A stretch of DNA of 64,000 nt from an uncultured Bacteroidales bacterium (GTDB taxonomy: Bacteria; Bacteroidota; Bacteroidia; Bacteroidales; UBA932), in the NCBI GenBank assembly GCA_944322575.1, contig CALUPK010000003.1, positions 22,388 through 86,387 on the forward strand, given 5' to 3'. Numbering within the stretch: the stretch's first letter is position 1; every line of letters starts with the position of its first letter. The translations under genes were made by a program, and so were the position numbers. Below, in pieces: positions 9,158 through 16,563 of the stretch. The notes under the pieces are model-generated. The model was not told where the DNA came from. It searched no databases and saw nothing but the letters and a program-made list of their open reading frames with translations.

Positions 9158-10525
9158 ATGGCAAAAAGACTTCTCACTATCCTTCTTCTGAGTACGGCAG
9201 CAATGCTGGCATCTCAGGCGCAGAATGCTGACGGGCGCATCGGGACGTGCATGAGCGAAGGCCGTTGGTTCGACCTGGCACACGAGCTGAATGTTACTCC
9301 GGCGGATTCCGTCAACCCTATTTTGTATAAGATGGCTGTGGCAATGACGCACCATTATTTCAACCGCCCTGACTCGGCGTGCACCGCGCTGGGAGATCTG
9401 CTGAACAATCATCAGGAGGAGTTGGGCGACAATACTTTAAGCATGGCGGTGCTGATGGGAATGAACCTGGCGCGTACCGACCGCTATGCGGAAGCGGCAG
9501 ATCTGATGCAGAGCCTGTGCGGCCAGCTGGAAGCAATGGGTGCGGACAGTACGCAGACCGCAGGGCTGAGTATCATGGCGCGGCAGTACCGCGTTTTCGC
9601 CGAAAACGGCCCAGTCTGCCGGCCTCTGCATCCCGCAGGCACTTACCGCGTTCCGATGAAGATTGATAATGCGATGCATACGGTCAGGGATAAAGCGTCC
9701 GAAGGGCATTTTATAGCAATGGACGGGCGCATCAATGGAAGGGAAAGTCCTCTGGTGTTCGATACCGGTGCCGGTGTCAACATCATATCCTCCAGGCAGG
9801 CATACGAAAGCGGCTTGCGTCTTCTGGATGCAGTCATACCGATGGCGGGGGTCGGTATGCAGCAGGGGCGTCTTGCAATGGCGGATACACTGCGTATTGG
9901 TGACATGGTGTGGGCCAATGTCCCGTTCCTTATCGTAGACATCCGGACGGGTAATGCGGAAGTGGACAGTACTGGTGTGCTGTTGCCTCCGGTCATCGGT
10001 CTGCCTCTCATGCTCCGTATGCGGGAAGTACAGCTGGATTTTGAGCACCGCCAGTTCATCATCCCGGCCGTGCCTTCTTCAAATCCGCTGGGAGAGAGCA
10101 ATATGCTGAGGACGGACAGTGAGGGCCTGCACGTGGCTGCTGCAGACGGAGACGGGCGGCCTCTGTATCTGCATTTTGATACAGGTGGATACGGGACAAC
10201 GCTTCTTCCGCATTGGTACATCCAGCACAAGGAGGAGGTTATGACTGCGGGAACACCGGATTCCCTGAGGGTTGCCGGTGTGGGCGGTGTCAACAGTACC
10301 CGCGCTTACCGTCTGCCGTATAAAGAGTTTCGCATAGGAAACGGTGAGGCTGTCCTCGATTCGGTGACAGTGGATACAGGAGTCGGCTTGCATACAGGCG
10401 GTGAGGAAAGTCCTCAATATCTGGGAGGAGAAGAGGACGGTACTTTGGGGCTGGACCTTCTGGAGCAATTCAGGACGGTGATACTGAACTTGGAGGAAAT
10501 GTATCTGAACGGGATACCGTATTAG
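9158..10525 (+). CDS. secreted retropepsin-like aspartyl protease with two DTG lobes
   Basis: Signal peptide MAKRLLTILLLSTAAMLASQAQ. Two active-site-like motifs: LVFDTGAGVNIIS and LHFDTGGYGTTLL. Start moved to ATG 9158. Confidence 0.72.
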   Translation: MAKRLLTILLLSTAAMLASQAQNADGRIGTCMSEGRWFDLAHELNVTPADSVNPILYKMAVAMTHHYFNRPDSACTALGDLLNNHQEELGDNTLSMAVLMGMNLARTDRYAEAADLMQSLCGQLEAMGADSTQTAGLSIMARQYRVFAENGPVCRPLHPAGTYRVPMKIDNAMHTVRDKASEGHFIAMDGRINGRESPLVFDTGAGVNIISSRQAYESGLRLLDAVIPMAGVGMQQGRLAMADTLRIGDMVWANVPFLIVDIRTGNAEVDSTGVLLPPVIGLPLMLRMREVQLDFEHRQFIIPAVPSSNPLGESNMLRTDSEGLHVAAADGDGRPLYLHFDTGGYGTTLLPHWYIQHKEEVMTAGTPDSLRVAGVGGVNSTRAYRLPYKEFRIGNGEAVLDSVTVDTGVGLHTGGEESPQYLGGEEDGTLGLDLLEQFRTVILNLEEMYLNGIPY

Positions 10526-11109
10526 CTCGATTGCAGGCAATGCAGGCCAATCTTCACGTTGCTTTTTAGTTGTGACTGATATGGCTAAAAATTAAGATGT
10601 TGGCAAATCACAGAATTTTAAATGCGGCTAAAATCAGTCTGTTTTGTGAAAATTTGCATAAGTAACTGTTGTGTAGACGCTTATCTGAATAGCTCCAGAA
10701 CAGACTCAAAGGAGAAACGATGTCGTACTGAAGCTGACCCATCCCCCCGCCCTTCCCGTGGGGAAGGGAGCTGGTCGCTGCGCTCCGATGTGGCCACCAG
10801 TGGGTGTTGCTTCTGGGCTTTTTGTTGCCGTGCGTCAGTGGTCTGTGGTTCGTCCTTCTTGCCGGCGGTATGCCGGTGGGCGGGCGAGCTCCGTGCCGGT
10901 TCGTGCGTCGGTTCCCGGCTTTCCGTCCCCGCACGCCCTGTTTCTGTAATCCCTTGAAGGTCAGTTCGGAACGATATGACTATGTGCTTTCGTCCGTTTT
11001 GAAAACTGACGCGTCCACGGCCGCTTTCGCTAAGTTGTAGGGTATCAGAGTGTTATAGAGTCACCATGTGCGCACAGTTCATTTTCGTTCTCTTGCCGGC
11101 GCGTAGTGA

Positions 11110-11153
11110 AACCGCAACGGCAGCAAATCCCGTGATCCGGTGCCGTTGTGGGA
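11110..11153. repeat. solitary copy of the family-B hairpin (CCGCAACGGCA ... TGCCGTTGTGG)
   Basis: It has the same arm sequences as the 105-bp array at 13575-14042. Confidence 0.6.
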
Positions 11154-11193
11154 TGCCTGTTTCTCTGTCCTTATGCCGACGGCCCTTTCCGTG

Positions 11194-11375
11194 CTGGAAG
11201 GTGCCGGGTGAAACGGCCTTTCTCCACCACCTTCTCGGATTCGTTATAAGTGGACCTGCCTCAGAAGCGTCTCTCGCCGGCCCTGCCCGAGAACCACATC
11301 CGGAAGGTGCCGGGGCAAACGGCCTTTCGCCACCACTTTCCAGTCAACCGGAATCAGGAATACCGGCGGGAATGC
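11194..11375. repeat. two tandem family-A units (106-bp step), second one truncated or rearranged
   Basis: CTGGAAGGTGCC at 11194 and CCGGAAGGTGCC at 11300. The unit body matches the 1697-2222 array. The tail CCAGTCAACCGGAATCAGGAATAC is the reverse complement of a segment seen at 1826-1850. Confidence 0.8.
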
Positions 11376-11534
11376 TATAGGACGGGGGCGACGCAGAGAG
11401 CATGCTCGCAAAAAGGTCCGAAGTCCACATTCCTAAGGTGAGAAGACGGAATACTCCGTAAATTTTCGTAAATTTGCCCAAGTGCTTGTAGCAGACATTA
11501 TTTCGAGTTACTGATATTATGACCTGAGCAAAAT

Positions 11535-12020
11535 ATGAAACAGTTACGCAAAATATTCAACATCGTGTCGGCGGCTGTGCTGCTGACCTCTTTCTATCCG
11601 CTGCTGTTCTGGAACAGGCTGGAAGGTGTGCTGATACCTACCCGTTTCGGTATAGACGGGATGCCCGACCGCTGGGGAAACATGACATCGCTGCTGATTC
11701 TCTGCGTTATAGCAACGGTTGCGTATGTGTTCTTCTTGGCGTGTCAGCGTGCTCCGCAATTGATGAACACGTTGGAGCCGGAGCCGGCGAAGATTACCCA
11801 TGGGGTCAGTTCCGCAGTGAAGGACTTTATCTCGCATCTGTGCCTTGTCTGCATGCTGCTTCATTCGTCCATTTCCAATTCCGGACTGGCGGTAGCTCTC
11901 GGAAAGGCGCAGGCCATGCCCTCCTGGATTTACGCAGTACTCCTCGCTCTTATTGTGATAGCGGCAGTTGTTCTGATTGTCCGCGTGATCGTTGCGGTGG
12001 CTGCTCAACGAAGGGGGTAA
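11535..12020 (+). CDS. DUF1648-like membrane protein
   Basis: 161 aa. N-terminal helix followed by IPTRFGIDGMPDRWGN (resembles the DUF1648 motif). Further hydrophobic helices. Confidence 0.65.
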   Translation: MKQLRKIFNIVSAAVLLTSFYPLLFWNRLEGVLIPTRFGIDGMPDRWGNMTSLLILCVIATVAYVFFLACQRAPQLMNTLEPEPAKITHGVSSAVKDFISHLCLVCMLLHSSISNSGLAVALGKAQAMPSWIYAVLLALIVIAAVVLIVRVIVAVAAQRRG

Positions 12021-12111
12021 CGCTCTCTGGCAAATGTGTTAATGGCTTGGAGGGAATCGGAAAGGCCGTACTATTAAGCAGAATAGTTATGTACATGTGA
12101 CAACATCATCC

Positions 12112-12165
12112 CACCTTCGGAAGGTGTGCAGAAAACCCCGAGAATCGTCTCACCTTCGGAAGGTG
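12112..12165. repeat. two short CACCTTC-GGAAGGTG hairpins (family-A core) between convergent genes
   Basis: CACCTTCGGAAGGTG occurs at 12112-12126 and 12151-12165. They lie between the stop of the DUF1648 gene (12020) and the stop of the hydrolase gene (12189). They may be a bidirectional terminator, but there is no clear U-tract. Confidence 0.5.
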
Positions 12166-12188
12166 GGACAGCGGGAGAGGTGGCCGGC

Positions 12189-13025
12189 TCAGTGTGCCTT
12201 GAGAAATGTATCCAGCGCGGTGAAATATTCTTCGGTATGGGTGAATGCGGCCTGGAGGTGTTTGCAGTCGAATTCACGGAGGGTGACGAGCGGGGAGGCG
12301 GTCAGGGGCTCGAGCAGGCGGCGGGGGCTGACGGTGTCTTCCGTGGCGTGGATCAGCAGCATGGGGACGGAGATGTCCTGAGGGCGGAAGCCGGGGGAGA
12401 GGAGGGAAGTTGCCGGCAGATGCACGGATTTTCCGTCACTGCCGCTTCCATTGTCATTGTCCCCGTTCAGAATCCTGACGCTCTCCGCCGGATCGGAGAT
12501 GAACCCGTCCATGACGCAGCTCCGGATGAGCGACTTCCTGCCGGGGTATTGCCGCAGATGCTCCCCGACCATGATGGTGCCCATGGAGAATGCCAGCACG
12601 TCCACCGGCCTGTCCCGGAGGACGGCGACATGTTCCAGTACCGCCCCGAAATCCCGCAGATACTCGCTGTGGTAGAGCATGTCCAGGTCCGTCGCGAAGT
12701 CCTGGCTCCCTCCGAAACCGCGGTAGTCGAACATCCATACGTCGTAGCCTAAGAAGCAGAGTGTCGCTCCGATTCCCAGCCATTGTCCCATATTGCCGGC
12801 GTCGGCGCAGGCTATCAGTACGGACCTTCCATTTTCTCCGGTGCCGGGCAGATTCCAGATATTGATCCTGTACCCGTCAGAGGTTACCACCGAGTCCTCG
12901 ACGTACTCGATGCCGAAGTCCTTCGGGGTGTAGGCGTAGGCTTTCTGCGGGTTGATGGCGCGGGCAGCTGTGAGGCTGAAGACCAGGATGAGGGCCGAGG
13001 CCAGGAGTCGGGATATCGTTTTCAT
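12189..13025 (-). CDS. secreted alpha/beta-fold hydrolase
   Basis: 278 aa. Signal peptide MKTISRLLASALILVFSLTAARA. Nucleophile elbow AFSMG. FDYRGFG motif. Confidence 0.8.
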   Translation of the reverse strand: MKTISRLLASALILVFSLTAARAINPQKAYAYTPKDFGIEYVEDSVVTSDGYRINIWNLPGTGENGRSVLIACADAGNMGQWLGIGATLCFLGYDVWMFDYRGFGGSQDFATDLDMLYHSEYLRDFGAVLEHVAVLRDRPVDVLAFSMGTIMVGEHLRQYPGRKSLIRSCVMDGFISDPAESVRILNGDNDNGSGSDGKSVHLPATSLLSPGFRPQDISVPMLLIHATEDTVSPRRLLEPLTASPLVTLREFDCKHLQAAFTHTEEYFTALDTFLKAH

Positions 13026-13034
13026 GATGATGGG

Positions 13035-13532
13035 TTAATGGTGGTTGAACTTTCGGCCGCATTTACGGCACCGGTAGTTGGCATTAAGGTATTTGGTGGA
13101 CATGGCCATGAAGATGGCGAGCAGCAGGAATATTCCAGCTATGATGCTGCCGGTGCCGGACTGGATGCCGAGCTGCAATGACCACCAGGGGTAGAAACCG
13201 GAGCCGAGTCCCAGGATGACGGATGCGATTATGACTGCGGTGGTGTACCGGGAAGGGGCTATGGGCGTGACGTTGTCGCTGCCGCATTTGGGGCAGAAAG
13301 GGATGGCGTCGTGCATCCTGTCGGCGATGGGGGCTATTATCTCCAGGGCTTTTTCGTAGTCCTTGTCGGGTACGTACAGTGCGGTGCCGGAGTCAGGACC
13401 ATGTGTCCCGGTCCGCCGGTCATTGCTTTCATCGACGTGCCTGCGCACAGTGATATTGTTGGCCTCCAGTACGCTCGAAATGTTGTCGGCGTAGATGCTG
13501 CTGTCGCATTTTATCAGAAGTCTCTCGTCCAT
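13035..13532 (-). CDS. membrane protein with a DUF2007-like N-terminal domain and a split zinc ribbon
   Basis: 165 aa from ATG 13532 (MDERLLIKC). CPKCG and CRKCG pairs flank two hydrophobic helices. The upstream part of the track ORF runs into the repeat array and was discarded. Confidence 0.62.
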   Translation of the reverse strand: MDERLLIKCDSSIYADNISSVLEANNITVRRHVDESNDRRTGTHGPDSGTALYVPDKDYEKALEIIAPIADRMHDAIPFCPKCGSDNVTPIAPSRYTTAVIIASVILGLGSGFYPWWSLQLGIQSGTGSIIAGIFLLLAIFMAMSTKYLNANYRCRKCGRKFNHH

Positions 13533-13574
13533 GGGTGATGCTTTATCAGCAGACAAAAGTACGGAAAAATTCTG

Positions 13575-14042
13575 TTGCCGCAATGGCAGTGTTTCGTGGG
13601 ATTTGCTGCCGTTGTGGCAAGGAGGCGGCGGGTCGATGCCGTCCAGAGCGCCTGTGACAGCGGTTGTGCAGAAAAGACATTGCCGCAACGGCACCGAATA
13701 GCGAGATTTGCTGCCGTTGTGGCAAGGATGCTGCGATGCGATGCCGTTCAGAGCGCCTGTGACAGCAGTTGTGCGGAAAAGTCATTGCCGCAACGGCACC
13801 GAATAGCAGGATTTGCTGCCGTTGTGGCAAGGAGGCTGCGATGCGATGCCGTCCAGAGCGTCTGTGACAGCGGTTGTGCAGAAAAGACATTGCCGCAACG
13901 GCACCGAATAGCGAGATTTGCTGCCGTTGTGGCAAGGAGGCTGCGGGTCGATGCCGTTCAGAGTGTCTGTGAAGGCGGTTGTGCAGAAAAATCATTGCCG
14001 CAACGGCAGAGAATTCCGCAAAATGGTGCCGTTGTGGCAATA
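13575..14042. repeat. tandem array, 105-bp period, about 4.5 units (repeat family B, TTGCCGCAACGGCA/TGCCGTTGTGGCAA hairpin)
   Basis: TTGCCGCAA[CT]GGCA at 13575, 13680, 13785, 13890 and 13995. Whole units are conserved with scattered substitutions. The arms are complementary apart from one G:T position. Confidence 0.9.
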
Positions 14043-14058
14043 TAGAGTGGAAAATGCC

Positions 14059-14066
14059 TATATTTG
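14059..14066 (+). promoter_or_regulatory. candidate -7 promoter box (TATATTTG) for the 340-aa orphan gene
   Basis: Exact TAnnTTTG match 28 nt upstream of ATG 14094 and 17 nt after the last array hairpin arm. Confidence 0.4.
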
Positions 14067-14093
14067 CAAATACCACACATAAACAAACAGCCT

Positions 14094-15116
14094 ATGGACA
14101 GCCGTAAATACTTTTTCTTTCACCTCTCATCCCTTGTCGATGTCTGCAAGGACGGTCATGAGCCGAATCCGGACTCGAGATTCAAAAGCCTGATCTGGGA
14201 TGACAGCATCAAGGGCATAACTCTTCAGCAGGAGGTGTTTAGTAACGGGGACCTCAATGAGGAGAAGACTGTCAGGATAAGAGTAGCGATTTTCAAGGAC
14301 GAGGACTGCGCGGCTTATCAGCATGTTGTCAGCCGGTTCAATGAATGGGAATATAAGGAAGGCCAGGTGTCCGAGTCCATAAAGATGGACCGCTCCTCGT
14401 ATCGGAAGATCCTGGATATGTACAGCGATGCCTCTAAAAAGGCGACGGAGGAGATTCCACGGAAGGTCGTCTGCAAGATGGATGTGGATTATTCCATGCC
14501 GGTCGGGCAGGAGGAGGACAAGTTGACACTGACTATTCCGGTGAGCAGCGGGATGCTGGAGCCCGGAGTTCTCTATGATATAGGAATCATTGAGAATGGG
14601 GATGTCCCTCTGCGGTGGAACGAGTGGGCCAGTTTTGAATTCTTCCGTCTGACAATGCCCCTGGAGGAGATGTTCATCCCTTATTCTGCCTGTCTGAAAG
14701 TCATTAAACCGTTCGGCCGGGAGCTGCACCTCAGCAAATCGACGGATTACCGTCATTACACCGGATTTTTCTCGGATATTCATTTTGATCCGATATGCGA
14801 TGAGGTCGAGGTTAATCCGGCGCAACTGTGTTTTGAGGTGGTGACAAAATGCAGTAAGAAGCACCTTCCTTTTTTCAAAGCGGTCCTTAAGTCAGGGGAC
14901 ACGGTGATATACAGTAGTTTGTGCCGCCCGGTAGATGTGGCGGGGACAGACCGTATACTCGCATTATGCCCGCTCTCGATGGAGGGAGTCAGTATTAAGC
15001 AATATCCGGAGGTTACGGCATCGCTTTATGTCTTTGACCGGGAGATAGCCTCTTTCCGGTTTTTCACGGACAGGACGGAACGCGGGAAATATCGATTTGA
15101 CCGCAGGGGTAAGTAA
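14094..15116 (+). CDS. hypothetical cytoplasmic protein, no recognisable domain
   Basis: 340 aa from ATG 14094 (the track start at 14064 is a TTG). No signal peptide or hydrophobic helices. The long ORF is open in one frame only, apart from a composition-poor antisense ORF. Confidence 0.6.
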   Translation: MDSRKYFFFHLSSLVDVCKDGHEPNPDSRFKSLIWDDSIKGITLQQEVFSNGDLNEEKTVRIRVAIFKDEDCAAYQHVVSRFNEWEYKEGQVSESIKMDRSSYRKILDMYSDASKKATEEIPRKVVCKMDVDYSMPVGQEEDKLTLTIPVSSGMLEPGVLYDIGIIENGDVPLRWNEWASFEFFRLTMPLEEMFIPYSACLKVIKPFGRELHLSKSTDYRHYTGFFSDIHFDPICDEVEVNPAQLCFEVVTKCSKKHLPFFKAVLKSGDTVIYSSLCRPVDVAGTDRILALCPLSMEGVSIKQYPEVTASLYVFDREIASFRFFTDRTERGKYRFDRRGK

Positions 15117-15136
15117 ATAGATTCAATGGCAAAAAT

Positions 15137-16315
15137 ATGAAATCGGTAAAATTTTTCTTAGCTGCAACGGCGGTGCTCCTGGCAGCCTCCTGCGGCAGGG
15201 GAGAGCTCGGAGAGGGAGGTCTGGTGACTTTCGAATATTCTCAGATGACGGAGGGGCAGGATACTTTAGTGTTCTCGGACCTGGCGGTGGAGCCGGAGTT
15301 CATCGCGCTGGACAGCGATACTCTGGATGCATTCACCGCGGCGAAAGTGCTCATTACGGAAAATTATCTGGTCAAAGACGCTCAGGCCATACTGAGCAAG
15401 GCTCCTGTCAGGGTGTTCGACCGGCATACCGGTAGGTTCATCTGCAACGTGGGGCATCTCGGACGCGGTCCAGGGGAGTATCTGAATTCCTCTCAGACTT
15501 TTGTGGACGAGGACGGCGGCAGGGTGTGGATAATGGATGCGGCGGACCGTATCAAGACCTATGACCTGACTTCGGGGAAATATCTGGGGACTGTCCCTCT
15601 GGCATATAAGCCGATGGACGAGTTCGGAGCGGGCTCGGCCAGTTTTATGGTGGACGGGCGGGCCGGTACGCTGACGGTCATGGCGGTGCCTTATGAGGAG
15701 GATGCCTGTCCGGCTATAGCCTGGTGCCAGGACCTTTCGGGCAAGATTCTCTGGGAGATACCCGAGGTCGGAAGGCAGCGCACCCGGACTCCGTCAAATA
15801 CTCTCGTGGGTACGTCTTTCAATATCGACGGCGCGCTGGATGTGTCGTTCGAGTCCAGCGGCAACTGGCCCGATACCCTGTATGTCCTGGAAGGGGATGT
15901 GCTGCGGCCGGTGTTTACTGTCAATACCCGGTCATTGAAGAGCGGCTCTTCTTTGAAAAGTACCCTGCTGCCGGGGAAAGTGCTCTCTGTCCTGACGGAA
16001 ATGCAGGAATACATGCCGCGCATAATCATCGGAGTACCTGTGGCCAATGTGCTTACGGACTTGAAGTCAGGGAAGAGCGTAAGTTATCCTACTGAGATTC
16101 TCAATGACTTTCTCGGCGGGTATCAGGGCGGATATTCTATCCAGTGCGGCTATCTGGTACAGAGCATTCCGGCGGAGGAGTTCTTAGCGGCAGCTCCTCA
16201 GGCTCTGGAGCAGGGGACGCTGACCGGCTCTGCGGCGAAGCGGGTCCGGGCGATTCTTTCCGACCTGCAGCCTACGGACAACGATGTGCTGATGCTGGCC
16301 CGGCTGAAAGACTGA
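15137..16315 (+). CDS. lipoprotein, 6-bladed beta-propeller (DUF5128/BF3164-like) family
   Basis: Lipobox LLAASCG. GRGPGEY motif typical of the Bacteroidales propeller lipoprotein family (from memory). Paralogous to 17906-18970. Confidence 0.68.
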   Translation: MKSVKFFLAATAVLLAASCGRGELGEGGLVTFEYSQMTEGQDTLVFSDLAVEPEFIALDSDTLDAFTAAKVLITENYLVKDAQAILSKAPVRVFDRHTGRFICNVGHLGRGPGEYLNSSQTFVDEDGGRVWIMDAADRIKTYDLTSGKYLGTVPLAYKPMDEFGAGSASFMVDGRAGTLTVMAVPYEEDACPAIAWCQDLSGKILWEIPEVGRQRTRTPSNTLVGTSFNIDGALDVSFESSGNWPDTLYVLEGDVLRPVFTVNTRSLKSGSSLKSTLLPGKVLSVLTEMQEYMPRIIIGVPVANVLTDLKSGKSVSYPTEILNDFLGGYQGGYSIQCGYLVQSIPAEEFLAAAPQALEQGTLTGSAAKRVRAILSDLQPTDNDVLMLARLKD

Positions 16316-16375
16316 GACGGATAAAATTTTTGGATAATCTGGAATATTTTCTATCTTCGCTTCGCAAAACAGAAT

Positions 16376-16468
16376 ATGAATACTCTTCTCAATATATGTT
16401 TCTGGTGGTGGCGCGCTCCTTTCCGGGTAAACGGTCGGGTGCTGCCTGAACTCATGTATTGGTCATAA
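16376..16468 (+). CDS. trp leader peptide (30 codons, WWW)
   Basis: ATG 16376 to TAA 16466-16468. Translation by hand: MNTLLNICFWWWRAPFRVNGRVLPELMYWS. Three consecutive TGG codons at 16403-16411. Sits 96 nt upstream of trpB2. Confidence 0.7.
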   Translation: MNTLLNICFWWWRAPFRVNGRVLPELMYWS

Positions 16469-16511
16469 GAGGACTTTATATAGAGAAATATCCCAGCGGC
16501 CTGTCGTTTAC
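16427..16511 (+). promoter_or_regulatory. antiterminator pairing of the trp attenuator
   Basis: GTAAACGGTCGGGTGCTG (16427-16444, inside the leader ORF) pairs with CAGCGGCCTGTCGTTTAC (16494-16511, the 5' half of the terminator). I counted 13 Watson-Crick pairs, 3 G:U pairs and 2 mismatches over 18 positions. Confidence 0.6.
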
Positions 16512-16535
16512 TCAAACGGCGGGCCGTTTTATTTT
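16497..16535 (+). terminator. intrinsic terminator of the trp attenuator
   Basis: CGGCC-tgt-CGTTT-actc-AAACG-gcg-GGCCG followed by TTTTATTTT. It lies about 30 nt upstream of the trpB2 ATG. Confidence 0.7.
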
Positions 16536-16563
16536 ACATTTTACCTTAACAATCAAAACTATC

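Noticed and set aside
8954-9412. 5' extension of the DUF2975-like ORF to 312 aa, and the 9080 start of the protease ORF.
   Set aside because: The two extensions overlap each other in the divergent promoter region and lack membrane or signal features. The internal ATGs (8953 and 9158) give canonical N-termini.
10526-11534. tmRNA, RNase P RNA, SRP RNA or a riboswitch in the gene-free kilobase.
   Set aside because: I could not find the diagnostic conserved strings: GGTTCGA-type T-loop plus an ...ALAA tag ORF for tmRNA; GAGGAAAGTCC for RNase P; the GGAAGCAGCC domain-IV motif for SRP. It remains unexplained and is reported as a finding, not as an RNA gene.
13546-14076. Long ORFs on both strands (176 aa minus, 156 aa plus) with internally repeated peptide sequence.
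   Set aside because: They exist only because the 105-bp DNA repeat is a multiple of 3. Both strands are open, the products are low-complexity R/H/Q/A/C strings, and there is no sensible start context. I treat the region as non-coding repeat DNA.
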